A stretch of 64,000 bases of DNA from Styela clava (taxonomy: Eukaryota), in the NCBI RefSeq assembly GCF_964204865.1, contig NC_135260.1, positions 21,266,001 through 21,330,000 of the forward strand, read 5' to 3'. This document shows positions 34,790-48,491 of the stretch, one piece after another; position 1 is the stretch's first letter, and every line of letters starts with the position of its first letter. A program made the translations under genes and the position numbers. Under the pieces are notes generated by a model that saw only the letters and a program-made list of their open reading frames with translations, searched no databases and had not been told where the DNA came from.

Positions 34790-36125
34790 TTTTTGAAACT
34801 TGGATTTACTGAAGTAAATGGTAAGCCTAAGTGTGTTGTCTGCAAGAAAATTCTTTCCAAAGAATCAATGAAACAAAACAAACTACAACGTCACCTCGAA
34901 TCAAATCACCCGGGGCCGGGTTGCGTCAATAAACCCGTTGAATATTTTGAACGCAAATTGGATGTGCTATTAGCACAAGCAAAAGTCATGAAAGTATTTA
35001 CTACTGTGAATAAATCCGCTGTATACGCTTCTTATATTGCTTCTTACGAAATAGCAAGGCAGAAGAAACCACGTGTTACTACAAGTAATGAAAAAGGTTG
35101 TAAACATCATGATAGGAGAAAAGGAGAGCGAAAAGTTGAATTCTATCGCATTGTCGGACAATACCGTTAAAAGAAGAATCGAAGACATGTCCGGTGATTT
35201 GCTGATTTGCTTGACCAAATCGTTGATCAAACGAAAGCTTCTCCTTACTATGCCATTCAATTAGACGAATCTACCGATGTAGCAAGTTTCCTCAACTTTC
35301 AGTATTTATAAGATATATTTATACCGGAGAGGTCTTGGAAAATCTGTTGTTTTGTAAAGCTCCGACATCACATACGAAAGGGCAAGACATTTTCCGTGGG
35401 ACAATTGTGCGGGAATTTGCACCGATGGGCGATGGCGCGGCGGCAAATACTGGTATCAAGTCTGTAGTTGTTTTCACAACTACAAAGTCCCAGGGATAAA
35501 ATGGACGCACTGTTTTCTGCACAGGCAGGCATTGGCCACAAAAAAAAAATGTCTGAGGAGTTGCATGAAACACTAGGCATAAAAAATGCGTTAGGCATAA
35601 AAAATGCGTTAACTACATTAAGGCAAGACCTCTCAATCAACGTCTGTTTTCTTCTTTGTGCCAGGAAATGGGCTCCCTCCGAGCATTCTTCATTGTTATT
35701 ACATTCAGACGTGTGCTGGTTGTCACGAGGTCGAGTTCTAAATAGAGTTGTTGAATGCAACAAGAGATAATGTGAAAAATACAGCCAAGAAAAGTTTATA
35801 GCAAACGTGACGTATTTAGCGGACATATTTGCCTCGTTGAATTCGCTCAATCAAGCCAGGCAAGGTCCCGGATTCACTGTAATCGATCACAATACCAGCT
35901 TATTACAAGAAGTTGAATCTGTGGAAAAGTTACGTGATACAAAATGAATATGAATGATATGTTTCACCTGCTAAAGGCATATATTTTTGAAAGAAACGTC
36001 AATATGCGGAATACCATATCTGAGCATCTAGCTAAAAGGCTTGAACAGTATTACGATATCGCAATAACGCCCACTAACAAGCAAGATTGGATGATTAATC
36101 CATTTGTGTGCCGCAAGTTAAAAAA
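34790..36125 (+). pseudogene. Degenerate hAT transposase (Buster/ZBED5-ZBED8-like); probable left TIR CAGTGGTTCCAAACC at 33079
   Basis: LGFTEVNGKPKCVVCKKILSKESMKQNKLQRHLESNHP, IALSDNTVKRRIEDMS, YAIQLDESTDVAS, LLLHSDVCWLSRGRVL and YLADIF across frameshifts. Confidence 0.88.
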
Positions 36126-37112
36126 GGTTGCGGAGCACTGTCCTATGACAGGGATGGCGAAGCTTTTTCAATGAATGGGTCAAAAATTATATTTTTATCG
36201 CGAAACAAAAAGAGTGGATCACAGATTATAATATTTAATCAATGTTTGTATCTATAAAAATCTCTGAAATCCTTAGTTTTGTGCTTTACTCATGCAGCAC
36301 TTCTATCAGGGATTTTTTATGGCATCCAATGTTACAAAATTAGAGTACGAAAACACACATAGGAATCACTAAAAACGTTGAGGATGCGTCATATTATTTT
36401 ACAAAGAGTTCGGGGAGAATTCCACTCTGATATTGTTATCGGACCACCTGAAGTATGCGCACCAAGATGGCGCACAACCTAAAAAACAGTATGTGTACCA
36501 GGTTTAGGGTTCAGGTTATGCGACATCTTGAAGCAGCTATATATTTTTCGATCAGCTTTCAACCACGTTAAGGCACTTTTACACATTGTCATTCAGATTT
36601 TTAGGATTTTATTTCTGAAAGATTTTGTTTTCTCAACGGCATTGTAGGCGAGAAACTAATGAAATAAAAAGTAGCATCTAGTTCTCGCATAACTCTCAAA
36701 ACAGTCTGCAGATGAACTTTCGAAAAAGTTGCTAGAAATGAACCGATCAATTAATTGCATTGTTATGTCATAAGGGATGTCAGAGCCAATAGCTGAATAA
36801 CGGTGCAGACATGCATCCAACATTGGGGGTTTTGAAAATTACCATACCGGCCCGGTATTTAACAATTTGAATATGACCGATCGCAGCCCTGACTGCCCAA
36901 CTGACGGTACATTATAATATTTAGGTGATTGATATCAATTCTTATCACTGATATGTTAGCATTTTTTATTCTTGCCTCGGCGGGTCACGAATAAAACTCG
37001 GTTTCGCCTTGGCGGGTCAGTTGTTCGCCATGCAGTGGTTTGTTTTCATGCTTCATGACTCGTGGCTTCATTTTAAAGTCTATAGCACATGCCCCCGTTT
37101 TTCAGTATAGTA

Positions 37113-37378
37113 CAGGAGTGGGCAAAATTTTCTAGTAAAAGAGACACATGCAAGTCAAAATATCTGGGAGCCGCATTATTATTTTAAAATTAAAAATATA
37201 TATATATTAGAATACCGTGAACTGAATTGACCGCTTAATGAATTAAAAAGAAAAACTGTTATTCTAAAGTTCCTCTTAGTTAAATTTGGATAATATATAA
37301 TTATCGCCAGCGAGAAGAGCCGCACTAAAACTCCGGCGCGCCTCATGCGACTCACGAGCCGCTGTTTGCCCACCATTG
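37113..37378. mobile_element. hAT-like MITE
   Basis: CAGGAGTGGGCAAA / TTTGCCCACCATTG ends with GAGCCGC subterminal motifs. Confidence 0.6.
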
Positions 37379-38266
37379 TCATAGTGGTGTTTATAGTTTT
37401 ATTTTGGTTGGTTAATTCCAAAACCTATTATGTTCAAACATGTCATGTTCAACAAAGTGAAAATAAACTTCAACTGGGTTCAGGTTGAGAACCACTAACT
37501 AAGCAAAGTGGACTCGGATTTTCGATATACGAGATTTGGTTTTAAAATTGCCGCTGCATTGGATTTGATGATAGATTAGTGTCTTACTACTTCCTCTAGT
37601 CCAGTATGCTAGAAATATTGTTGTATTTGGCCAATAACTACAATAACAAATTAACTTTCATTTATTAAGCATATATTAACATTTTTTTTCATTTCAGTTA
37701 TTCCACTTACTGATAAAAACAGCCGTCTCAGGCGTAGCCAGCGACTACGCAGGAGGCAGCTGAAACCTGGCGAGGACAATATACTTACTTGGGTATGTTC
37801 TTAGATTATACAAAAGTATTGACGTACACTAGAAAGGATATTTTTTGACTGTTAAGTAATATGATAGGATTTACATATTTATTCCGGAGAAGAGGACATA
37901 ACATAGAAATCCTTTTTAGTCAAAATTTTTTATTGGTAAATTAAAAACTAGTAAATTCTTTTATTTGAACTATGCATCAGAAGATGAATTGATTGGGGTA
38001 GGGCTGTCCAAGCGAACCAAATTATTCACAATAGAATCGCAAATTATTCGAATCAATTTGCGAATTGCTAAAATGAGGTACATCCAGCGGAAAAAAGCGT
38101 CACGAACGAACACCCCTGTACGGCATATTTCTCTTGCCTTCATTTTGCGGTTGCCTATCCATTTCATGCATGGTCATAACTGGAGAGTTATTATCGCTAA
38201 TGACGTTTGTGAGAGACTACACAGTACAATTTAGTTTCAGGAAAAAATACTAGTTTTATAAATAGT

Positions 38267-38458
38267 ATTGATTTGGAGCTATTGAGTCAGTAATCATAGG
38301 AACACGGTATGTGCAACTCGAAGCTGGAATACATGCTGGGGGATCCTTACGATGGAAATACATTGATTTGGAGCTATTGAGTCAGTAATCATAGGAACAC
38401 GGTATGTGCAACTCGAAGCTGGAATACATGCTGGGGGATCCTTACGATGGAAATACAT
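38267..38458. repeat. Perfect tandem duplication of about 94 bp
   Basis: ATTGATTTGGAGCTATTGAGTCAG...GATGGAAATAC occurs twice. Confidence 0.9.
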
Positions 38459-38625
38459 GTGTTCAATGGAATTTGTAATTTCCTATGATGGCAATACTTT
38501 GTATTTATTATACGTCTATTACTATGACAAATAATTGCACTTTATCATTTTGATGGTTGTTGTACATTAACAACAATACGGCCATCAAATAATAGTGTCA
38601 TCCCTAGCTCCGATTTCGAGAGCTT

Positions 38626-39390
38626 TTAGGGATAAATTTGTTATTTCAGGTAAAATTCATAAAAGACTGGAAATTGCTTCTTGCAAAATTCTCCAAATTC
38701 ATAAATAAATTCATAAATAAATTCATAAATTGGATCGATAAAGCGCCCGTTGTAATTATACAACAGATGACAACCAAAAATATAATTGGATCGACGACAT
38801 CCATATGCTAATTAGTATTTCAAACCAGAATCAATAACGCTATGGATATCACCATACGCACATACGTATATATATATAGGGTTTCAATTCGATATTCAGA
38901 AAAGGTCTGGTATTTAAAGTCGAGTGTTCGAAGGAGAGACAAGGAAGCAAAAGCCTCGTCTCCTAGATACGTGTCGTTACGTCATGATTTGTAATACTCA
39001 TCGTTTGTTCTCCATGTATATCTACAAGAATAAAATAAAGACTGGAAATTGCTTATTTCGAAATATTCCAAATTCATAAATTGGATCGATAAAGGGCCCA
39101 TTGTAATTAGTAACAGATAGCAACCAAAAATATAATTGAATCGATGACACCAGATGCTAATTAGTATTCCAACCCCGAATCATTAACTGTAATGGAATCG
39201 ATATCATCATACACATCATATACGTATATAATATGGGGTTTCAATCGAATATTTAGGAGGTCTTGTATTTGGGAGTCAAGTCGTATCAGTGTCGTTTCGT
39301 CATGTCTTCATCGGTTGTTCTTCGTGTATATCTACAACATTAAACTCCTTTACAACGTTCAACGGGTACTTTGTATGCTTAAAGTATTAC
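38626..39390 (+). repeat. Two copies of an unclassified dispersed repeat (others at about 18140, 26272, 42620 and a fragment at 10113)
   Basis: Shared core TTGGATCGATAAAGGGCCC...CAACCAAAAATATAATTGAATCGAT...ATGGAATCGATATCACCAT. Confidence 0.7.
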
Positions 39391-39662
39391 TGATAGAACT
39401 GGCATTGTCGCGACAGGACATTTACCTGACAGAGCCTGCGTTGCCGATTTGTGTGAATTAGATAAATTCGTTTCTTTAACACTAATATTACGGCATATGC
39501 TTGTCGAAAATCTGTGTCTTTTATCAATCCTACCATTTTATCAGCGCTGTATATATGTTAGCTTTTCACTTAGGAATGTTTTGGGGCGTTGTATGGATCA
39601 TATGCTATATAAAGCTTATGATCACAAAGCTTAGAGACAAATCAACCCCATACTTTCAAGCG

Positions 39663-40283
39663 AGGAATCCTACTCAACCAACTATAGCAGAACCAACTCC
39701 GAATACTAATAGATCAAATCGAGAAGACATCGAGACAGTTGTGCCCATTCATGCTCTCCACGTTTCCAATTCCTCACTCTTTCTATATACATGTATATGT
39801 AGCCAATTAGTTGTTATGTAACTACAAAACTACACCAAATTGGCCCAATTCGTGAGAAACTCATGAAAAACAGAATTAATTATTCCCGTTATAGCAATTA
39901 TCAATTTCTCAAAATCCAATTTCAAGATTTAATAGCCTTTCAGTGCCATCCCATGTAAAAATAAAATAACGACAACATTGGGTTGAATATAGGAATCCTA
40001 CTCAACCAACTATAGCAGAACCAACTCCGAATACTAATAGATCAAATCGAGACTGTTGTGCCCATTCATGCTCTCCACGTTTCCAATTCCTCACTCTTTC
40101 TATATACATGTATATGTAGCCAATTAGTTGTTATGTAACTACAAAACTACACCAAATTGGCCCAATTCGTGAGAAACTCATGAAAAACAGAATTAATTAT
40201 TCCTGTTATAGCAATTATCAATTTCTCAAAATCCAATTTCAAGATTTAATAGCCTTTCAGTGCCATCCCATGTAAAAATAAAA
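39663..40283. repeat. Tandem duplication with a period of about 328 bp
   Basis: AGGAATCCTACTCAACCAACTATAGCAGAACC starts at 39663 and 39991; copies nearly identical. Confidence 0.9.
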
Positions 40284-40469
40284 TTTATTTCCAGTAATAT
40301 TCCAATAACGTAAATTCGAAATATCTTGTTAAAACCAAATTATCCACTTGAGAACAATTTTTTACATCTCATAATTGGAGTAATGCGTGGCCAGGAATAC
40401 GGTGACTTGGCAATAACAAGTTAATTGCTAGTAATGAACTTTAAGAAAACACTTTTAATAATGTTTGAT

Positions 40470-42256
40470 TATAGTGAACCGAAAGCTAACCAGAAACGGG
40501 AATGACCCGTGATTCGTTGATCGTTAATGTAAAAATCCGTTTCTTTATTCTATTTTAATTATCTGGCAGAAAGCTATATATTCAGCAATGTGTTTTGTGT
40601 TAATCAGACTAGATTTGATCTAATTGTGTGTACATTGTATTTTTGTATATATTGTCGGAATTACAATAAACTCGTAAGGTGTTTTCAAACGTCTCATTAC
40701 TACAGCCGAAGGCTATCGACAGATAGATAGTTCGAGTTAACTAACGCAAGACAAAATTATTGTCAATCAATGCTGGGGTTACAATACACAAATCAGACCA
40801 ATCTACAAACAATCTATGTGTAGTGATAACTAATCACTATATTTGGAGACCCCGACCTTTGGACTGCCTTCTGACTCAGATCAACCACGGAGCAGACAAC
40901 AATCCTACGGAGCCAGCCTACGGAGAGGAACTCGATAAGATAAGTTTCACGTTTTAATTTACATCCTATAAGTCGCAACTAAGGGTGCCTATTGCTAATC
41001 ATACAATTCTCTATCTTCCAACAGGCCTATCGCAAAAACTCGAGGAACCGTGCAACAAGAACTAAACTTACATCCTATAAGTCGCAACTAAGGGTGCCTA
41101 TTGCCAATCATACAATCCTCTATCTTCCAACAGGCCTATCGCAAAAACTCGAGGAACCGTGCAACAAGAACCAAACAAAGGATCAAACTCATCCATACAG
41201 TGAACGAAAAGGACATTTCACATCGCCCAAGGCAATATTGACTGTCTGACCTCGGAATTGAAGTATAATTCCTCAGCCGAATTTTGGTACGTACATCATT
41301 TTCGACTAACTTATGACGTCCATTTTCGACTAACTTATGACGTCAAGAATATTTCCATTCGATATCTTTTTGAAAAAGTCTATCTAAGGAAACCTCCGAG
41401 AGTAGCTCTTCCTTTGAAAAGTCACATTCTGGAAAAATTCAACTCATATCGTCCAAATTAAAAGCGAGTATGTCTCTTGATGATCAAACAAGAAAAGGTC
41501 ATTCTAGCACTTCGGGAAATTTTGATTTATTCAGCGATACTCATACTCCACCTTCCCGGCCATTACGACAATATGTCTCTTGAGATCCTTTTAAAATACC
41601 ATCATTTTGGATTGATTCCCCGCAATTATGGTTCAGATGCGTTGGGAGCGCATTTTCACGAGCAGGCATACCTACTGAAACCAAAAAATTTGATGAAGTT
41701 TTGACTGTTTTAGATAACTCAGTTATCGATAGAATTGGCTTGGATTTACTAGAGATACATGGAGTTAGGCCATATGCTCAGCTTAAGGAAGCTTTGTTGA
41801 CAAAATTTGCACCCACGGAAGATCAGAGATTGACTGCATTTTTGCACACTTCCGAACTAGGAGATCAAATGCCTTCTGAAATGCTAAAACGTTTGAAATT
41901 TTTAATCGGACCTGAACGTTTGCAGGAAACTCTTGCTAACAGCCTGCTCAAGAAGTTATTTTTAGAAAAGTTACCGTCATCTATCAGAAATATTTTGGCG
42001 TAAAACTACGACAATACAGTGGACCAATTGGCAATTCAAGCGGATCGAATCGTACAAAACTCGGATTTTTCAAAACAAGACACGTATGTACAAAGTCAGG
42101 TGCAAAATAAATTACTTGAAGCAAAAATTAATGACCTTGCCGATAGCTTCAGAGAATTTTCCACTAACTGGCAAAAACCGAATTTTGTCAATCATCAGAA
42201 TAAACGAGGATTTCAATCTACAAACAATCTATGTGTAGTGATAACTAATCACTATA
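40470..42256 (+). mobile_element. Truncated Gypsy-like LTR retrotransposon: 5' LTR 40470-40841, PBS, gag relic, 3' LTR stub
   Basis: LTR ends TATAGTGA...TCACTATA with an internal AATAAA; PBS-like TGGAGACCCCG at 40844; the last ~42 bp of the LTR recur at 42216-42256. Confidence 0.75.
41590..42215 (+). pseudogene. Gypsy gag relic
   Basis: PYAQLKEALLTKFAPTEDQRLTAFLHTSELGDQMPSEMLKRLK...LKKLFLEKLPSSIRNILA*...DQLAIQADRI, typical of invertebrate Gypsy gag; stops and frameshifts. Confidence 0.8.
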
Positions 42257-45200
42257 TATATATATATATATATATACATAAAAAATGTATGTAATTATTC
42301 TTTTATACAATACGATTTATATTTTCATCAATGATAATGTAACATCTTATAATATCTTAACAGACAATCAAAACAATGTTTCCTGAATTTCTCAACGTTT
42401 TTCTTGTTTCAAAATTTTCAATGTTTTGATTCTATGTTTGGAACTTATAGGCACGATAATTATGTCTAAAAACCGATAATTCCATTCCAAAGGAAGGGAG
42501 TATTATATAGGGATAGATTAATAATTTGACGAATATTTCTAAAAGCCAAGAAAAAGGCTGTAATAATTTGACGAATATTTCTAAAAGCCAAGAAAAAGAC
42601 TGATTATTAATATTGAAGAAATTCTCCCAATTTAAAAATCAGATCGATAAAAAGCCCGTTTTTAATTAGGCAACAGATGGCAACAGAAAAATAATTGGAT
42701 CGATTGCATGGCAGGTGGTAATTAGTATGCAAAACTCCAATCAATAAGGCTAATGGAATCGATATCACCATTCTAATCCTCGGAATATAGATTTATAGAT
42801 CAAAACCTTATACAATTCTTTAAAATTCTGATTAGGTTAAAATCCTGGGAAAGACATAATTATCGTATGTTTTCTGTATATGAGAGTAGGTCTTGCTGTT
42901 GTTCTATCCATTCTTACAACTATCGTGTCTTACAATTATGTATACTGTACAATAAACGAAAGAAAGGATTGTCGCAATTGTCCGTTTGTCTGCTGTCATC
43001 TATGGGGGGGGGGGGCAAAGGATCCTAAAACCTCCCTAAATGCAATTTAAAACTTCTTGGGCAACAGTTTTATCTATATTTATACACCTACAGCCACAGT
43101 CAGGTTTTGCATTTGCATTTGTCTTATTAGAACTGAATTCATCAGAATTGAGTAAATAAAGAATTGGGAGTATGTGCACAACAGTTTTCAAAACTTCTGA
43201 ATTTTTTGACAAGTTGATGGAGCCGCGATCTCCTTTTATAACTCTGAAAATCATAAACATGCAAATATCAGCAGCAATTTGATTGTAACTGCATATATTT
43301 CATCACAATATCGAAGAAGGAGTTTTTATTGTACGATAGAGACAGAAATAGGGTTGCGCAATAATATTTGATTATTCGGTTCGATTCGGGAAAATTTTTC
43401 TGTTTGACATTGTCTACCTAATTTTTTACATTATGGTGCTGTGCCAAGCTTGGAATTTGAATCGGAGTTTTTTGAATTGCAACCATGATACATGCTTTAA
43501 AAGGTTAGACTCTCATTCAATAAAAAACAAAATTGTTAAAAAAAAAACAGATAACATCGCGCAGGAAAAATAATTTGTTTCTTTATTTTTCACTTCGATA
43601 TTCTATGTTTAAGTGAGAAATTCAGGTTTGTATTGAAATTTTATTCTTGAAGGTCTTCATAATAGTAAATTATGTAGCTGTGTGCTTCATCCCTGGCTGA
43701 TAGTGAGTGGGGAAATTTTCTTTGTACTTGATTTTCAGATCCAAAAATTTTCTACTTTCATCAAGAATCATGACTCAAGGTGAAGCACAAATATGGGCCA
43801 ACATCATTAAAGTGTCTTTGCTATTTTATTAAGTTGTTGAAGAATAGTGAAGAGAGGGACTAGTTGGAATAAATAAAGTAGTTTTTATGCAGTGAGAAAT
43901 GGGAAAAAAGTTCTGAAATAAGGTTGGGAACTACTAGTCTGAAATATTATGTTTAAGATTATCACAATAGTTCCAGGAGGTTTTCTAAGTTTGCCCATGT
44001 ATGAATACATCTAAAATTATTCATATTTAATAATGCAGATTATTTGATTTGGGGACAAAATGGAATGTTTTTGACTAATTGGCATTCTTTTTTTTTGCAT
44101 AGTGCCAGTTTTACTAATTATGCAATTTTCCTTTTAACATTTTAGATATTCTGCAATCAAATAAATCATATTTTGAACATAAAGCCAACGATTCAACCAT
44201 TTATTATTGAATATAATATTTTATTGCAGAAATCTATCACTTCAGACCTGAATACATTTACTGTGAAATTGCCATCAAACCTAGTTTTATTTTTGTATGG
44301 TATTGAGGATAAATAAAGCACTTGCGTGATATGAAAGAGACAACAACGTACTTCAATTCCAAGATGGCAAAATTGCCAAAATTAAGTGAGTTTTCTTAAA
44401 TCCTGCTGTTTATATACTCAATGCTTGTAGGTTCAAATTTCAAAATTACCTAACCCAATTTGCCAATTTGAGTTTTTGTTCCTTAGCTGTCAAATTCAGG
44501 TACTCAAAAGTGTTGATAGCGCTTCCAGCTATTATTTATTTACCTATTTATTCCACCAAAGTGTAAGATAATATATAAATAATATATTTGAAACTTGTCG
44601 CAATGCACCAGTTATTCTGATATGATGATTCAACTCCGAGCCCCAGATTTAGATATTTATAGGTAATGTCTATAGCAGCGATTCCCAAAGGGTGTGCCGC
44701 GAAAATGAACATAATTTTGTTGAACATTTATTTTACTTTTCTATTTCGTTTATTGCTGAGAAACAGTAGAGGCAAACACTTCATAACAGAAAGTGAACGA
44801 CATGGGTTTATGACTTTGAATATTTTGTCTTCAGAATGGTTGATTTTTGGTAACAAAACAAAGTCATAGACCCATCAACCCATCAAATATGAACAAAAAG
44901 TAAAACAAACTAATAAATAACATTGCGACGAAGATTGCAAAAGTCAATCAAATATGTATAAATTGCATACATCAATCGATTGACCATACAGAAGATGAAT
45001 TTTCTGAAAAAATACATGAAACTTTCAAACTAATAAATATAGTTTGGAACAATATTTTAAAATTGTAATTAAAACTTACAATATAATATTGGTTTCCATC
45101 GTCGACCTTCGACGAACATTCTTGAATGAGGGTACATATAATTATCAGTCCAGGAGCGGTTTTAATATTGGTCCAAGTGTAGTACCAAACTCTCCTCCGA

Positions 45201-45607
45201 CTGGTTTATTGATATATATTTAAATTTTACCAGACATTTTACAAAGAGCGGTCATCTTCAATTTTGTTAGTAATCTAAACTTCTATCTATATAACATACA
45301 ACACTTTCAATTAATCTTGTAAACTCATTTTATCTATAATTTTCCTCATTCAAAGTTCAAATATTAATCATTATCTTATTTATAACCAAGTTGAATATTT
45401 CAACTTCGCCATATAAACCAGGCCAATCCGGACGTGAACAAAACATCACTGAAATATTGCAACAATAATTTAAAGATTAGTACGCAGATAAACGGGTTTT
45501 CTGATAATAGTTAGATAAATCACATCATTGTAGTATTCGACCACGGCTGATAACAGTTTGTTGATATACGTTTACGTCTAAAATGAGATCCTAGAGTTTT
45601 CTGTATA

Positions 45608-45753
45608 TTAATCCGGACTAATGCTCAAATTCCCAACGCTTATCTGAATTAACTAAGCGATAAGGATGCAAATTTGTATTAGCAAAAAGCGACTGCATTA
45701 TTTATTAGTTAATTCAGATAAACTTTGGGAATTTGAGCAATAGTCCGAATTAG
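45608..45753. mobile_element. MULE-like MITE
   Basis: TIR of about 48 bp TAATCCGGACTAATGCTCAAATTCCCAA... and its reverse complement; 10-bp direct flank TTTCTGTATA on both sides. Confidence 0.7.
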
Positions 45754-46972
45754 TTTCTGTATACAGCAGTTATTTTTTGCCCTTGCGACCCAGCTTATAT
45801 GCTATTCTGCAAGCTGTTATCAAACTACCGCGCGTTGGACGGTCGGAACAAGGAGCGCGAGAAAAATCTAATTTTGTGCAGAAAGTTGTATAAAATGATG
45901 GTAACGTAACTGTGTGGAAATAGCCAGTGCCGTGTTACAATGGTGTCGACCGCACAGGAGCAGATATTTTCCATTGCATAACTTGGGACAGAAGAGAAAC
46001 TGATGAAGCACAAAATGCTACTTTGGAAAGATGTTGTTGTTGTCGCATTTTGCTAACTCAAACCTCAGTTTTTCTTACAACCCAAGATGTTTCGTGTTCA
46101 TGCATGAAGCTCTATCACAATGGTACGTACGTCTAAGCTCTCGACATCTGTCATGAGTTACGTAAGCTATTTTATGAGTTGTTTATTCAATTAAATTGTA
46201 TTTGTGTGATGTACAATACTGATTCTTGCGTAATTTTGATAACAATATGCTTTCATTCTCATTATATTACAGTATTGTTTCAAAAATCTTTCATCGAGCC
46301 TCTGAAACAACTTCACAAAACCTGTGTAATATTATCCGTTTATTTCACAATGAATTATTATAAATACTTTTTATCTTTTGAAATTTTTACTCTCTCTTTC
46401 TCCATTAACACTTCGGCACAAAGTAAATAATTGCACGTACCCTATAGAATTAAAATTACATTGATGTGTCTTCAAAGTTAACATTATGTTTTCACCCGTT
46501 GTTGGCAAGTTGTGAGATAGATAGTGGGAAATTTGACTTAATGCTGTTCGATCGAAATTCGGGGGACAACGCAACATAATTTCTATTTATTAATTCTTCT
46601 GAAATAGAGCAATTTATGTGTTACCGTTTAAAAATCCAAATAAAAACGATTCATAAAAACGATTCCTGATTCGATTTTTAATTGTCTACCGAACATATTT
46701 AGATATTGTTAGCGGATATTCCTGAACAAAAAGATAGAATCCATTTATGGAAGTACAACGTCATTTAATTGATGTTGCGGTGATCGGAATTTCCGTCCGA
46801 CCTAAAGATTTCTGTTGATTTCCATGACGAAACACCATCAAACATGATTTTTTGTCATCTTATACCAGAGCTACAATTTTTACCAAAGATCCGTTTTCAA
46901 AACTTTGAAATCACTAAGTTATGTACTTTTAAATCAAACTCCAAAAAGCGTTATAAAGTCAAATACAAGTTA

Positions 46973-47210
46973 TTGGACACGTAGTGGACATAACGATCGT
47001 TTCAAAATTTTGTTGTTATTGTTATTATTTGTCTCCGTCAACACGTTTTGAAGACATCGCTTCTCTTCGAATACTGGACCAATTGCTTTGCAATTTTTAG
47101 TGGTTAAAGATAAAAATTTTCTCCAGAAGGCTATTACTTTTTTTCTTGCTATGACGTCATCAAAATTATGCGACTCTACGTGTCCATATATTTGAGAATA
47201 GTCTCTTGTT
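46973..47210. mobile_element. HINE/DINE-1-like insertion specific to array copy 1
   Basis: Absent at the homologous sites (about 52315, 56872, 59717); inserted at TT; sub-TIR TGGACACGT/ACGTGTCCA; (TTG/TTA)n tract. Confidence 0.55.
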
Positions 47211-48491
47211 CTCAAACAATGGACACGAATCTCGATCATCGAAACTGACTGGATCTGGAACGGCTAGGTCTTCGTTACCTAAGTGAGAACAAAGTGTGCC
47301 AACATAGATGTACAATCATTACAAATACAGACAAGCGTGGCTGAATAAAAACTATGTCGATATTTCAAAAGTGTTCCAATAATTAAAAACAAGTTTTCAA
47401 GGTTTATCGTGAAATACCTTGCCAACAAGTCATGAAAAATTTCAATCAACCTCTAGTACTGAAAGTTTGAAACCTATCCTTAGGGTGGTACTAATTATGC
47501 AATTTTCCTTTTGAACATTTTAGATATTCTGCAATTAAATAAATAATATTTTAAACATAAAGCCAACGATCCAACCATTTTTCATCTTGTCATTAATAAA
47601 TATATTTTCTTGCAGAAATCAAGACTCCATCTCAGACCTGCTGAATACATTGACTGTTAAACAAACCTAGTGTTATTTTTTGTATGTATTGAGAATAAAT
47701 AAAGCACTTGCATGATATGAAAAAGACAGCAACGTCTTATAATTACAAGATGACAATCATTCCTCAAAATGTAAGTACCTATGGCTATGTGGTAAAATTG
47801 AAGAATAATATTTTTCTGTAGAGGGGTAAGTTTTCTTTAATCCTGCTGTTTTTATTACTCAGTGCTGTGATTTGTCGACAATTAAGGCATGCCTGTAAAG
47901 GTTCATATTTCAAAAATACCTAACCCAATACGAGTTTTTGTACTTTAGGTGTCAAATTCAGGTACTCAGTGTTGATGGAGCTTCCAACTATTTAGTGACC
48001 CTATTTTATCAGGGTGTAAGATTTAAAAAAATATATCCAAAACATTTCGCTATGCGCCAGTCATTCTAATATCTAATAGATAGGATGGCTTACACATAGC
48101 CATAACGTGATGATCCAACTCTGAGCCCTATATTTAAATATTTACAGTTAATGTCAATAGCAGCTATTTCCAAAGGGTGTGCCGCGAAAATGAACATAAT
48201 TTTGTTGAACATTTATTTCACCTTTTTATGTCGTTTATTGTTGAGTAACAATAGAGGCAAACACTATATAATAGACAGTAAACGACACAGGTCTATGACT
48301 TTGAATATTTTTTCTTCAGAATAGTTGAATCAACCTCAAAGTCATAGACCCATCAAATATGAACAAAAGGTAAAACTAATAAATAACATTGCGATGGAAG
48401 ATTGCAAAAGTCAATCAAATATGTCTAAATTGCATATATTAATGCTTAACAAAGCATACAAATAACCGTTGCATATTTTATGTTATGCAGG

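Noticed and set aside
33079-37500. Complete Buster element from the TIR at 33079 to GTTGAGAACCACT at about 37495
   Set aside because: The right end is degenerate and has no matching TSD, so only the transposase relic is reported.
47440-47500. Possible Helitron CTAG end or piggyBac AGGG end at the array unit boundary
   Set aside because: No GC-rich hairpin before CTAG and no TTAA-flanked TIR, so the array mechanism remains unassigned.
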